Shown here: positions 27,243 to 37,056 of the stretch, piece by piece | How the letters are laid out: each line of letters opens with the position of its first letter | How positions within the stretch are numbered: the first letter of the stretch is position 1 | Source of the DNA: Candidatus Brocadiia bacterium | GTDB taxonomy: Bacteria; Planctomycetota; Brocadiia; CAIUPP01 | Assembly: GCA_050015075.1 (NCBI GenBank) | Contig: JBEKCB010000001.1 | Span: 194,847-258,846 of the forward strand | Reading direction: 5' to 3' | DNA: 64,000 bases | Translations under genes and position numbers: made by a program | Notes under the pieces: generated by a model | Seen by the model: only the letters and a program-made list of their open reading frames with translations | Told to the model about the DNA's origin: nothing | Databases searched by the model: none

Positions 27243-28170
27243 AGTGGATCCTCGACCCAGCGTAGCGCCAGTTGATCAGCGTGAAGACGAACACGAAGAG
27301 GAACAGGAACCAGGAGATCGCGCTCGCGTAGCCCATTTGATAGAAGTGGTACGCGTTCTCGTAGATGTAGTAGTCAATCGTGGTCACCGCCTCCTGCGAG
27401 TTCGTGTCGCGCGCGAGGAGGTAGACCGCGCTGAACCCGGACTGGAACCCGCCGATGATGCTGATGATGATAATGAAAAAAGTCGTCGGCGAGACGAGCG
27501 GCCAGGTGATGTGCCGGAACCGGTCCCACCAGCTCGTGCCATCCACCGCCGCCGCCTCGTAGAGTTCCGGGTTGATGTTCTGGAGCGCGGCGAGGTAAAG
27601 GATCATGTTGTAACCGCCGACGCCGGTCCAGAACCCCATCAGCACGAAAGCGAACCGCGCCGCCCAGGGGCGGTTGAGCCAGTCCACGCCGCTGAAGCCC
27701 ACCGTGGTCAGGCACTTGTTGATCAGCCCGTAGTCGGTGTTCAGCAGCCAGCGCCAGACCATCAGCAGCGCCACGCCGGCGGTGAAGGTCGGCATGAAGA
27801 AGACCGTCCGGTAGAGGTTCCGCAGGCGCAGCTTCTGGTTGAGCAGGATCGCCAGCATCAGCGAGCCGAAGATGCCGAACGGAATGCCCAGCATGAAGAA
27901 AGTGGTGTTGAACACGTAGTGCCAGAAGGCTTTGTCGGCGATGAGGTTGCCGTAGTTCTGCAGGCCGATGAAACGCGGCGGCCAGGTCAGCAGGTTCCAC
28001 TCGCAGAAGCTCAGCACCAGGCTGAAGAGGATCGGCAGGAGCAGGAAGAGCAGGAAGCCGGAGAAGTTCGGCAGCAGGAACAGGTACCCTGCGAGCGTGC
28101 GCCGGCCGGCGGCGCCGCGTTCGAGGGAGCCGGCCAGTTGCGGCTGGACGCCGATCGGGTTACCGGGCAC
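27235..28170 (-). CDS. Carbohydrate ABC transporter permease (MalF type)
   Basis: FIGLQNY, ELYEAAAVDG, FRHITWP, MGYASA; AGGAG RBS. Confidence 0.92.
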   Translation of the reverse strand: MPGNPIGVQPQLAGSLERGAAGRRTLAGYLFLLPNFSGFLLFLLLPILFSLVLSFCEWNLLTWPPRFIGLQNYGNLIADKAFWHYVFNTTFFMLGIPFGIFGSLMLAILLNQKLRLRNLYRTVFFMPTFTAGVALLMVWRWLLNTDYGLINKCLTTVGFSGVDWLNRPWAARFAFVLMGFWTGVGGYNMILYLAALQNINPELYEAAAVDGTSWWDRFRHITWPLVSPTTFFIIIISIIGGFQSGFSAVYLLARDTNSQEAVTTIDYYIYENAYHFYQMGYASAISWFLFLFVFVFTLINWRYAGSRIHYD

Positions 28171-29569
28171 GCTGGGCGCTCCTGGCTTGCCACGCGACCG
28201 CGCCGCCGGCGGCGCAGGCCGCCAGTCCCAGCGCGAGCGCGAAGGCCGGGATCGAGGGCTTCACCGGCGGCGCGGTCCGCTCGGCGTAGATCGCGTTCAG
28301 GTTGTCCTCGAGTCCCTTGAGCAGCTTCGGCAGGTCCGCATCCGGCTGGTCGAAGTCGGCCTGGAACCGCAGCAGGGCCAAATCAACCTCAGCGGCGGTA
28401 AAGCGCGGATTGTGCAAATCCGCATCCATGGCGACCGTCGCGTCGTCCATGCCGCTGAAATAGGCGGCGTTCTCGCCTTTCGGCCGCTTGGGATCGTTGA
28501 GGAAATACGCGTTCTCCTCCGGCCCGTAATGGATCGGGATGGACTCGCCCGCCTCCACGAGGTGCCTGATCTGCTCCGGCGAGGTCAGGAAAAGCAGGAG
28601 CTGAAACGCGATGTCCGGATACTTGCTCTGCGCGCTGATGACAAAGGTGTTGCCCTCCATCATACAGAGGTGGCGGCCCTGGAAGGAGCGCCCCAGCGGC
28701 GCAACGCGCCAGGGGACGTTGCTGAGGTTTTGGAAGTGCGAGGTGGACCAGCGCCCGCTGATGTACATCGCCGTGGCGTTGTTGATGAAGGTCACTTCGG
28801 CGTTGGAATCGCGCTGCTGCGCGAACGTCGGGCAGACGCGATACTTGAATTGCAGGTCGTGGAGGAACTGCAGCGCCTGGAGCGCCTCCGGCGAATTGAC
28901 GATGCAGCGCGTGCCGTCGGGCGTCCAGAACCGGCCGTGGTTCCACAGGACCCACTCCCAGTAGTCGCACGGCATCAGGCCGGACTGCACCAGGTTGCCT
29001 GCCGCGTCGCGCTTCGTCAGCCGCTGCGCCGCCGCGAGCATGTCGTTCCAGGTCCAGTCCGCCGTCGGGTACGGCATCTTCTCGCGGTCGAACAGCGTGG
29101 GGTTGTAGTAGAGCACGTCGGTGTTGAGGCTGATCGGCAGGCCGTACAGGCGGCCGTTGACCCTGTGGGCCTTCACCAACTGGGGATACAGCTTGTCAAT
29201 CTGCGCCTGCGCGTGGTACTTCTCGATGTAGGGCGTCAGGTCCAGCAGCGCGCCGAACCGGACCAGCTCGTGGTAATCGCCGGGGAAGAACACGTCCTGG
29301 ACCGTTCCGGCCACGATCTCGGCGCTGATCTTCTGCGAATAAGCGTCCTCGCCGATCGCATCGTAGCGGACCTCGATCGGGTCGTTCGGGTGCTCTCGGT
29401 TCCACTTCGCCTGGAAGTCTGCGGCGGCCTGGGTGTAGAGGCCGTCGTAGATGATCCACTTGTACATGGCGAACGTGATGCGCTTGGCGCCCAGGCCCCG
29501 GTCGGTGCGCAGGAAGAGCGCGGCGGTGACGACCAGCGCCAGCAGCACGGCCAGGGCGGCGTACTTCAT
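28160..29569 (-). CDS. Sugar ABC transporter substrate-binding protein with C-terminal TM helix
   Basis: LLDLTPY, YGLP, LYYNPTLFD, WTWND; hydrophobic N- and C-termini. Confidence 0.88.
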   Translation of the reverse strand: MKYAALAVLLALVVTAALFLRTDRGLGAKRITFAMYKWIIYDGLYTQAAADFQAKWNREHPNDPIEVRYDAIGEDAYSQKISAEIVAGTVQDVFFPGDYHELVRFGALLDLTPYIEKYHAQAQIDKLYPQLVKAHRVNGRLYGLPISLNTDVLYYNPTLFDREKMPYPTADWTWNDMLAAAQRLTKRDAAGNLVQSGLMPCDYWEWVLWNHGRFWTPDGTRCIVNSPEALQALQFLHDLQFKYRVCPTFAQQRDSNAEVTFINNATAMYISGRWSTSHFQNLSNVPWRVAPLGRSFQGRHLCMMEGNTFVISAQSKYPDIAFQLLLFLTSPEQIRHLVEAGESIPIHYGPEENAYFLNDPKRPKGENAAYFSGMDDATVAMDADLHNPRFTAAEVDLALLRFQADFDQPDADLPKLLKGLEDNLNAIYAERTAPPVKPSIPAFALALGLAACAAGGAVAWQARSAQRAR

Positions 29570-29666
29570 TTCTTCGGTCCCACCGTCAGGCATCCTCCCT
29601 TATGAGCGCGCGACATTATAGCAGGCCGGCGCGGGGTTGGACAGCGGCGGGAAATCCTGCGGCCGA

Positions 29667-30719
29667 TCAGCGGCCGGGAGCGGAAGCGGGCGGTTGGTTC
29701 TCCGGCAGCAGCTTCGTCTCGAACGTACCGTCCGGCCCGAGCGCGGCCGCGAAGCCGCCGCCCGCGAGCCAGTTTTTCGCGGAGCGGTCGCCCTTGAGAC
29801 AGGTGTCCCAGAACGCGGTGGTGCTCATGAGGATGAGTTCGTGGAAGCGCGGGTCCTTTTCGCCGTTGCCGCGCAGCCGCTGGCCGGCGAAGATCAGGTG
29901 GTCGCCGCCCGTGAACGTCACCAGGCAGGCGTCCGCGCCGTGCGTGCGGTCGAACGGGATGCGCCGGTCCGCCGCTTTCGTCTCGCCGATGGCGGTCTCG
30001 TCGGCGGTGCCGGTCATGTAAAAGCACGGGACCTTGACCGCGGCGAAAGCCTTGTCGAGGTCCTGCCGGCGCGCGGGCGCCGACGGAGCCATGGCGATCG
30101 CGGCCTTGACGCGCGGGTCGGGCAGCGAGACCTCCTGGCCGTTCGCGAGGACGAAGACCTCGCCGATCACCGCCTGGGTCGTGTACGCGCCGAAGGAATG
30201 GCCCGCCATGCCGATGCGGTCCAGGTCCAGGCGCCCCTTGAGCGGCGAATCCTCGCGGTTCAATTGCTCCAGCCGGGTGATGGCGAAGCGGATGTCGAGG
30301 GGGCGATTGACCGCGTTGGCCGGGTCGTTGACCGCCTGGCGCATCGCCTCCAGGGGATGCTCGGCGCCTCTCCACGTCGCGTCGTCGCTGCCGATGTGCT
30401 GCACGTGCACCGAGATGTAGCCGTGGCTGGCCCAATGCCGGCCGAGGTACTCGTAACCGTCGCGCGTGCCGCCGACGCCGTGCGAGAAGAGGATCACGGG
30501 GAACGGGCCGTCGCCGCTCTTCGGGAAATAGATCTTCACCGGCACCGCGCGGTCGCGGGCGGCGTCCGTCCAATCATAGGTCGCCGTATCCACCGCGAAC
30601 GGCCCGGCGGATTGCTTGTAGGGCGCCGGCGCCGCGCCCTCGGCGCGGGCGGGAGCGGCGAGGAAGAACAGGCCGGCCGCGGCGGACGCTGCGATGAGTG
30701 TCAGCCGGCGCGGCATCAT
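29667..30719 (-). CDS. Secreted alpha/beta hydrolase (dienelactone hydrolase/PAF-AH-like)
   Basis: FSHGVGG, LGRHWASHGY, GHSFG, TGTAD, GDH; ATGA overlap with the RND stop. Confidence 0.85.
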   Translation of the reverse strand: MMPRRLTLIAASAAAGLFFLAAPARAEGAAPAPYKQSAGPFAVDTATYDWTDAARDRAVPVKIYFPKSGDGPFPVILFSHGVGGTRDGYEYLGRHWASHGYISVHVQHIGSDDATWRGAEHPLEAMRQAVNDPANAVNRPLDIRFAITRLEQLNREDSPLKGRLDLDRIGMAGHSFGAYTTQAVIGEVFVLANGQEVSLPDPRVKAAIAMAPSAPARRQDLDKAFAAVKVPCFYMTGTADETAIGETKAADRRIPFDRTHGADACLVTFTGGDHLIFAGQRLRGNGEKDPRFHELILMSTTAFWDTCLKGDRSAKNWLAGGGFAAALGPDGTFETKLLPENQPPASAPGR

Positions 30720-33700
30720 GTGGGCTCTCTCCCGTTTTCCGAGAGGGCCGCAGGCGCCGGCTCGGCGGCGGCTCGGCGCGCTTCGCGCGCCGCGCGCCGG
30801 CGGGCGACGAACTCGCGGAGCTGCTCCATGTACAGGAAGAAGACCGGCGTGACGTAGAGCGTGAGCGTCTGGGAGAAGAGCAGCCCGCCGACGACGGCCA
30901 GGCCGAGCGGGCGGCGCGCCTCGGCGCCGGCGCCGAACCCGAGCGCGATCGGCAGCCCGCCCATCAGCGCCGCCACCGTCGTCATCATGATCGGCCGGAA
31001 CCGGATCAGGCAGGCCTCGTGGATCGCGTCGTGCGCGTTCTTCCCCTCGGTCCGCTGCGCCTCCACGGCGAAGTCCACCATCATGATGCCGTTCTTCTTC
31101 ACGAGCCCGACGAGCATGATGATGCCGACGAAGGCGTAGATGGAAAGCTCGGCGTGGAATATCCACAGCGTCAGCAGCGCGCCGAACCCCGCGAACGGTA
31201 GCGCGGAGAGGATGGTGATCGGGTGATAGAAGCTCTCGTACAAGATGCCCAGCACCACGTAGATGACCAGCACGGCCAGCACCAGCAGCCAGCCCATGCT
31301 CTTCAAGGAGTCCTGGAAGGCCTGCGCGGCGCCCTGGTACATGTGCGTCATGCCCGGGGGCATCGGCTTGGCGTCCATGAGCGCGTTCACCTCGTGTTCC
31401 GCCTGGTCAATGGAGACGCCCGGCTTGAGGTTGAAGCTGATCGTGACCGACGGGATCTGACCGGAGTGGTTGATGGACAGCGGGCCGACGTTCTCGCGCA
31501 GCGTCATGACCGAATCGAGCGGCACGAGCTGCCCGGTCGAGGAGCGGATGTACAGCATGGAGAGTAGCGTCGGGTCAATCTGGTACTTGCGCTGCACCTC
31601 CAGGATCACCTGGTAATCGTTGTTCGGGGCGAGGATGGTGGAGATCTGCCGCGTGCCGTAGGCGCTGTAGAGCGCGTCCTCGATCTGCAGCGGCGTGACG
31701 TTGAGGACGAACGCCTGGTCGCGGTTGATCTCCAGGTTGAGCTGCGGGTTCTTCATCAGCAGGTCGCTGCTGACGTCGGCCAAGCCCGGAAGCGCGCGGA
31801 CCCTCTGCTCGAGATCCTCGCCGTAGCGGTAGAGCGCCTCCGGGTCGGTGCCCGCCAGCGTCAACTGGTAAAGGGCGTTCGTCGTGCGGCCGCCGAGCTG
31901 GATCGTCGGCGGGACCGTGGGGAACGCGCGCGTGCCGGGCACTTTCGCCAGCTTGGGCCGCAGTTCCTCGACCACGCCGTCGGCGTTGAGCAGCCGCTCG
32001 CTGCGCGGCTTCAACACCACGAACAGGAACCCGCTGTTCGTCCCGCGCCACCCGCCGATGGTGCTCATGAAGCGCAGGACGTTCGGATCGCTCCGAACGA
32101 TCTCCGCCAGCGCCGCCTGGTGCGCCGCCATCGCGTCGAACGAGATGTCCTGCGCGGCGTCGGTGCGGATCAGGATCTGATCGCGGTCTTCCGTCGGGAT
32201 GAAACCCTTCGGGATTTTCATGAAGAGATATCCGGTCGCGACCAGGATGGCCGCGGAGAAGGCCATCGTGGCCGGGCGATGCCGGAGCACGAACTGCAGC
32301 GTCCAACTGTAGAAACGCACCGAGGCGTCGAACGCGGCCTCGGTCGCGCGGTAGGCCGCGCCGTGGCGGACCTTGCGCGGGTCGGCCAGGAATCGGCTCG
32401 CCATCATCGGCGTCAGCGTCAGCGACACGACGCCGCTGACGAGCACCGCCGCGCCGATCGTCACGGCGAACTCGCGGAACAACCGCCCGACCAGCCCGCT
32501 CATGAACAGCACCGGGATGAACACCGCCGCCAGCGACAGCGTCATCGAGACGATCGTGAAGCCGATCTCCTTCGAACCCTCCAGCGACGCCTGCAAGACC
32601 GGCTTGCCCATCTCCATGTGGCGCACGATGTTCTCGAGCATGACGATCGCGTCGTCCACGACGAACCCGACCGAGAGCGTCAGCGCCATGAGCGAGAGGT
32701 TGTCCAGGCTGTAGTTGAGGAGGTACATGACCGTGAAAGTGCCGATGATGGACATCGGCAGCGTCAGGCTCGGGATGACCGTCGCGGAGACGTTCCGGAG
32801 GAAGAGAAAGATCACCAGCACCACCAGCACGAGGGTGAGCAGCAGCGTGAACTGCACGTCGTCGGCGGACTTCTCGATGGACCAACTGGCGTCGCGGAGA
32901 ATATCCAGGTTCACGTTGGCGGGCAGTTGCTTGCGGAAGCCCGGCAGCAGCGCCTTCACCGCGCCGGCCACCTCGATGGTATTCGTTCCCGGCTGCCGCT
33001 GGATGGCCAGGATGATGGACCGGTCGGTCTCGCCGCCGACGGTGTACCATGCGGCGACCTGGTCGTTCTCGACGCTGTCCAGCGCCGCGCCGACGTCGCT
33101 GAGGCGCACCGGCTGGCCGTTGCGATAGGCCACGATCAGCCGCTGGTACGAGTCCGCCTCCATGAGCTGGCCGTTCGCCAGCAGCGTGGCCAGCTGGTTC
33201 GGGCCGTTCAGGCTGCCGGTGGGAAGGTTCACGTTGTACGCGGTGATGACGTTGGCGACCTCGTCAATGCCGATGCCCTTCGAGGCCAGCGCGTGCGGGT
33301 CCACCTGCACCCGCACGGCGTACTTCTGCGAGCCGTAGACCAGCACCTGCGCCACGCCGTCCACCATCGAGATGCGCTGGCCGATCATGGTCTCGCCGTA
33401 TTCGTCGAGGGCGGACATCGGCAGGTTCGGGCTCGTCAGCGTCAGGTAGAGGATCGGCTGGTCGGCGGGGTTGACCTTGCGGTAAGCGGGCGGCGAAGGC
33501 AGGTCCGTCGGCAGGTTGCGCGCCGCGCGCGCGATCGCCGCCTGCACGTCCTGGGCGGCCGCGTCAATGTTCCGCGTCAGCACGAACGTGATCGTGATCT
33601 GCGTCTGCCCCTGCATGCTCGTGGAGACCATGCTGTCCACGCCCGCGATGGTCGAGAACTCCTTCTCCAGCGGCGTGGCCACCGCCGCGGCCATCGTGTC

Positions 33701-33868
33701 CGGGTTGGCGCCCGGATAGAGGCCGGTGACCATCACCGTCGGGAAGTCCACGTTGGGCAGGTCGCTCACCGGCAGCATGACGTACGCCATGATGCCGAAG
33801 AGCAGCAGGCTGGCCATGACCAGCGTGGTCATGATCGGCCGGCGGATGAACAGCTCGGACAGGTTCAT
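30716..33868 (-). CDS. RND efflux permease (MdtB/MdtC-like)
   Basis: FIRRPIMTTL, GFVVDDAIV, GLVKKNGIM, RFRPIMMTT; 1050 aa. Confidence 0.95.
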   Translation of the reverse strand: MNLSELFIRRPIMTTLVMASLLLFGIMAYVMLPVSDLPNVDFPTVMVTGLYPGANPDTMAAAVATPLEKEFSTIAGVDSMVSTSMQGQTQITITFVLTRNIDAAAQDVQAAIARAARNLPTDLPSPPAYRKVNPADQPILYLTLTSPNLPMSALDEYGETMIGQRISMVDGVAQVLVYGSQKYAVRVQVDPHALASKGIGIDEVANVITAYNVNLPTGSLNGPNQLATLLANGQLMEADSYQRLIVAYRNGQPVRLSDVGAALDSVENDQVAAWYTVGGETDRSIILAIQRQPGTNTIEVAGAVKALLPGFRKQLPANVNLDILRDASWSIEKSADDVQFTLLLTLVLVVLVIFLFLRNVSATVIPSLTLPMSIIGTFTVMYLLNYSLDNLSLMALTLSVGFVVDDAIVMLENIVRHMEMGKPVLQASLEGSKEIGFTIVSMTLSLAAVFIPVLFMSGLVGRLFREFAVTIGAAVLVSGVVSLTLTPMMASRFLADPRKVRHGAAYRATEAAFDASVRFYSWTLQFVLRHRPATMAFSAAILVATGYLFMKIPKGFIPTEDRDQILIRTDAAQDISFDAMAAHQAALAEIVRSDPNVLRFMSTIGGWRGTNSGFLFVVLKPRSERLLNADGVVEELRPKLAKVPGTRAFPTVPPTIQLGGRTTNALYQLTLAGTDPEALYRYGEDLEQRVRALPGLADVSSDLLMKNPQLNLEINRDQAFVLNVTPLQIEDALYSAYGTRQISTILAPNNDYQVILEVQRKYQIDPTLLSMLYIRSSTGQLVPLDSVMTLRENVGPLSINHSGQIPSVTISFNLKPGVSIDQAEHEVNALMDAKPMPPGMTHMYQGAAQAFQDSLKSMGWLLVLAVLVIYVVLGILYESFYHPITILSALPFAGFGALLTLWIFHAELSIYAFVGIIMLVGLVKKNGIMMVDFAVEAQRTEGKNAHDAIHEACLIRFRPIMMTTVAALMGGLPIALGFGAGAEARRPLGLAVVGGLLFSQTLTLYVTPVFFLYMEQLREFVARRRAAREARRAAAEPAPAALSENGREPT

Positions 33869-35052
33869 GACGCCGCCCTCGGCGCCGCGTCCTTCTTCTC
33901 CGTCTCCGGGACGATCTCCACCTTGGCCCCGGCCGTCAGGCGCACCTGCCCGTCCGTGACCACCCTTTCGTCCTTCTGGAGCCCTTCCTCCACGACCACC
34001 TCGTCCGTGGAGATCCGACGCACGGTCACCGGGCGGACTTCAACGGTGTTGTCCGGTTTGATCACGTAAACGTACTTGTTGGTGCGGCCGACCTGCACCG
34101 CGCGCGCTGGCGCAACGACCGCGTCGTTCTGCACGGCCAGTTTCAGCGTCACGTCCACGTAATCGCCCGGCCAGAGCCGCTCGTCCTTGTTCTCGAACGT
34201 CGCGGCCAGCCGAATCGTCCCGCTGGTCGCGTCCACCGCGTTATCCGCGGCGGTCAGCTCGCCGGTGACGAACGCCTCCGCCTGTCCGCGCGGCTTCACG
34301 CGGACGCCGAGTTTCTCGCCGCCGGAGGTCATGTATTTTTTCACGAGCGGAAAGTCCTTCTCCGGCACGCTGAAGAAGACCTCGACCGGGTCAATCTGGT
34401 TGATGACGGTCAGGATCATGTCGCCGGCCTTGACCAGGTTGCCTTCCACCACGAGATCGAGGCCGGCTACGGCGGGGCCCGGTACCGGCGAAACGATCGT
34501 GCAGTACTTCAACTGGATGTTCGCGTTCTCGCGCGCCGCCTCGTCGGCGAGGACCGTGGCCGCCAGCGCGTCCGCGTTGGCGCGGGAGTTCTCGACCTCC
34601 GTGTCCGGCGCGTAGCCCTTCTTCTGAAGTTCGGTCTCGCGCTCGGCGTCCCGCTTGGCGTTCGCCGCCAGCACCCGGTCGCGCGCGAGGTTCGCCTCCG
34701 CCTGGTCCAGCGCGGCCTTGAACGGCGCCGGATCAATCGTGAAAAGCACGGCGCCCTGCTTGATGGAGTCGCCCTTCTTGAAGCAGACCTTCTGCAGGAC
34801 GCCGGTGACCTGGGCCTTGATCGAGACGGTGGAGACCGCCTGGACGCGGCCGAACGTGGTCAACTCGACGGCGACAGGCCGGGTCGTCGCCAGTCCCGCG
34901 CGCACCGGCACCGCCGCGGCCGCCTTCTCCTTCTCCGCACCGCCGGCTTTCGGCGAGCAGGAGGAAAGCAAACCCACGCCCGCGAGGACCGCCGCCGCGC
35001 CGCACACCGCCCGAAAACGCCTCAAAGTGAACTCCTTCGCGATAATACCCAT
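33865..35052 (-). CDS. RND membrane fusion protein (MdtA-like)
   Basis: Lipobox LSSC, GAVLFTIDP, DATSGTI, LWPG; start uncertain. Confidence 0.9.
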   Translation of the reverse strand: MGIIAKEFTLRRFRAVCGAAAVLAGVGLLSSCSPKAGGAEKEKAAAAVPVRAGLATTRPVAVELTTFGRVQAVSTVSIKAQVTGVLQKVCFKKGDSIKQGAVLFTIDPAPFKAALDQAEANLARDRVLAANAKRDAERETELQKKGYAPDTEVENSRANADALAATVLADEAARENANIQLKYCTIVSPVPGPAVAGLDLVVEGNLVKAGDMILTVINQIDPVEVFFSVPEKDFPLVKKYMTSGGEKLGVRVKPRGQAEAFVTGELTAADNAVDATSGTIRLAATFENKDERLWPGDYVDVTLKLAVQNDAVVAPARAVQVGRTNKYVYVIKPDNTVEVRPVTVRRISTDEVVVEEGLQKDERVVTDGQVRLTAGAKVEIVPETEKKDAAPRAAS

Positions 35053-35253
35053 CGTTGTATTGGGACGTTTTGCCGCGTTATTCCTGTGAAATTCCGGCAG
35101 GTTCTTCATATTATAGAACTGACCGGTCGGTTTTGCAAGGAACGGGGTCCAGCCCGAAGAGAGGGCGCGCTCATTTGAATTCGCGCGCCGCATGGAGTAA
35201 GTTAAAGAGTCGGGGCAACCCGGTTCGATTCCCTGAAAGGCTCTTGAATAACC

Positions 35254-35607
35254 ATGAGGACCCAGAAAACCAAAATCCTCGCCGATGTCACCGGCGAACA
35301 GGCCGTCATCTACTTCGTCGGCTCGACCGTGCGCGACCTCGGCGACGTGCAGAAGATCGTGGACGAGATCGAGGAGGTGGCGTATAACTCGAAGATCAAG
35401 CTGCTGGTTATCAACTTCGCGCGCGTGACGCAGTTGACCAGCGCGTTCCTCGGGCGGCTCATCACGCTGAACAAGTCGCTCAAGCAGACGGGCATCACGC
35501 TGCGCTTGTGCGCGATGTCCCCGCAGATCGAGGAGGCGTTCAGGATCTGCAAATTCCAGAAACTGATCCCGCTCTTCCCGACCGAAGAGAAAGCGCTCGC
35601 CGGATGA
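35254..35607 (+). CDS. STAS domain anti-sigma factor antagonist
   Basis: VINFARVTQLTSAFLG (phosphorylatable Ser region), EEKAL end. Confidence 0.85.
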   Translation: MRTQKTKILADVTGEQAVIYFVGSTVRDLGDVQKIVDEIEEVAYNSKIKLLVINFARVTQLTSAFLGRLITLNKSLKQTGITLRLCAMSPQIEEAFRICKFQKLIPLFPTEEKALAG

Positions 35608-37031
35608 GGCCGCCGCCCGTTCGCCTTCGCTCAGGGCGCCCCGAGCATGGTCGTGGGGCGCGCGCCATCCCGCGACAGGTCACGATTCTGGGCCTGGGGC
35701 TTTTCGGCGGCGGCGCCGGCGCGGCGCGGTATTTCGCCGAGCGCGGCGCGCGCGTGATCGTCTCCGACTTGCGCCCCGCGGCCAGCCTGGCCGAATCGCT
35801 CAAAGCGCTCGAAGGGCTGCCCATCGAGTTCCGTCTCGGCCCGGCGAGCGGCGGCAAAGAGGACTTCGCCGGGTCCGAGCTGGTCATCGTCAATCCGGCC
35901 GTGCCACCCGATTCGCCCTCGCTGGCGATGGCGCAGCGCTGCGGCGCGCGGCTCGACGCCGAGATCAACCTGCTCCTGCGGCTCTGCCCCGCGCCGGTCG
36001 CCGCCGTCACCGGCACCAACGGCAAGAGCACCACCGTGGCGCTCCTCGGCGAAATGATGCGCCAAGCCGGGCGCAGGACCTGGGTCGGCGGCAACCTCGG
36101 CGGCTCGCTGCTGCCGCAGGTGGACGAGATGGCCGCCGGCGATATCGTGGTGATCGAGGTCTCCAGCTTCCAGTCGCAGCGGCTCGCCTGGGCCGGCCTC
36201 AGCCCGCACCTCGGCGCGGTGCTCAACCTGACGCCGAACCACCTCGACCGGCACCGCGACATGGCCGAGTATGCCGAAGCCAAGCGCCAGTTGCTGCTCC
36301 GCCAGGGACCCGGCGATTTCGCCGTGCTCAACGGCGAAGACCCGATCCTGCGCACGTGGACCGACGCCGGCCGCGGCCGCAAACTGTTCTTCGGCGCGGA
36401 GGCGGAGGCGCCGGCGGGAATCCGGCTTGCCGGCGAGACGGTCCGCCTCTGGCGCGACGGGCGGCACGCGGAGATCGCGCTCGCGCGGATGCGGATTCCG
36501 GGCGCGCACAACCGGTTCAACGCCGCCTGCGCCGCGGCCTCGGCCTGGCTGCTCGGCGCGGAGCCGAAGGCCATCGAGGCGGCGCTCGCCGCCTTCCCGG
36601 GGTTGCCGGACCGGCTCGAGCTCGTCGCCGAATCCGGCGGAGTCCGTTACTACAACGACTCGATCGCGACGACGCCGGAGTCCACCATGGTCGCGCTCGA
36701 AGCGTTCCGCGAGCCGATCGTGCTGATCGCCGGCGGGTCCTCGAAGAACCTGTCGTTCGAGGAAGTCGGCCGGCGCATCGCGCGCCGGGCGAAGGCGGTG
36801 GTGCTGATCGGGGCGACGGCGCCGGAGATCGAGCGCGCCATCCGCGCCGCCGGAGAGCCTGTGCCGCCGATCCATCCGGCGGAGAGCCTCGAGGAGGCCG
36901 TCCGGCTGGCGCATCGCATCGCGCGGCCCGGCGACGTGGTGCTCCTGTCGCCGGCGTGCGCCAGTTTCGACATGTTCCGCAATTACGCGGAGCGCGGACG
37001 GAAGTTCCGCGAGGCGGTCCGCGGCCTGTGA
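35604..37031 (+). CDS. murD: UDP-N-acetylmuramoyl-L-alanine--D-glutamate ligase
   Basis: GLGLFGGG, TGTNGKSTT, EVSSFQ, PNHLDRH, NDSIAT, LLSPACASFD; start uncertain. Confidence 0.93.
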   Translation: MRPPPVRLRSGRPEHGRGARAIPRQVTILGLGLFGGGAGAARYFAERGARVIVSDLRPAASLAESLKALEGLPIEFRLGPASGGKEDFAGSELVIVNPAVPPDSPSLAMAQRCGARLDAEINLLLRLCPAPVAAVTGTNGKSTTVALLGEMMRQAGRRTWVGGNLGGSLLPQVDEMAAGDIVVIEVSSFQSQRLAWAGLSPHLGAVLNLTPNHLDRHRDMAEYAEAKRQLLLRQGPGDFAVLNGEDPILRTWTDAGRGRKLFFGAEAEAPAGIRLAGETVRLWRDGRHAEIALARMRIPGAHNRFNAACAAASAWLLGAEPKAIEAALAAFPGLPDRLELVAESGGVRYYNDSIATTPESTMVALEAFREPIVLIAGGSSKNLSFEEVGRRIARRAKAVVLIGATAPEIERAIRAAGEPVPPIHPAESLEEAVRLAHRIARPGDVVLLSPACASFDMFRNYAERGRKFREAVRGL

Positions 37032-37056
37032 CTCAACCCCGCTGGAGGACGGTTCA

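Noticed and set aside
28160-28170. Possible frameshift splitting an SBP-permease fusion
   Set aside because: The permease has its own AGGAG RBS and GTG start; no slippery run seen.
35210-35250. GGTTCGATTCC, resembling a tRNA T-arm
   Set aside because: No acceptor stem, D-arm or anticodon arm can be built around it.
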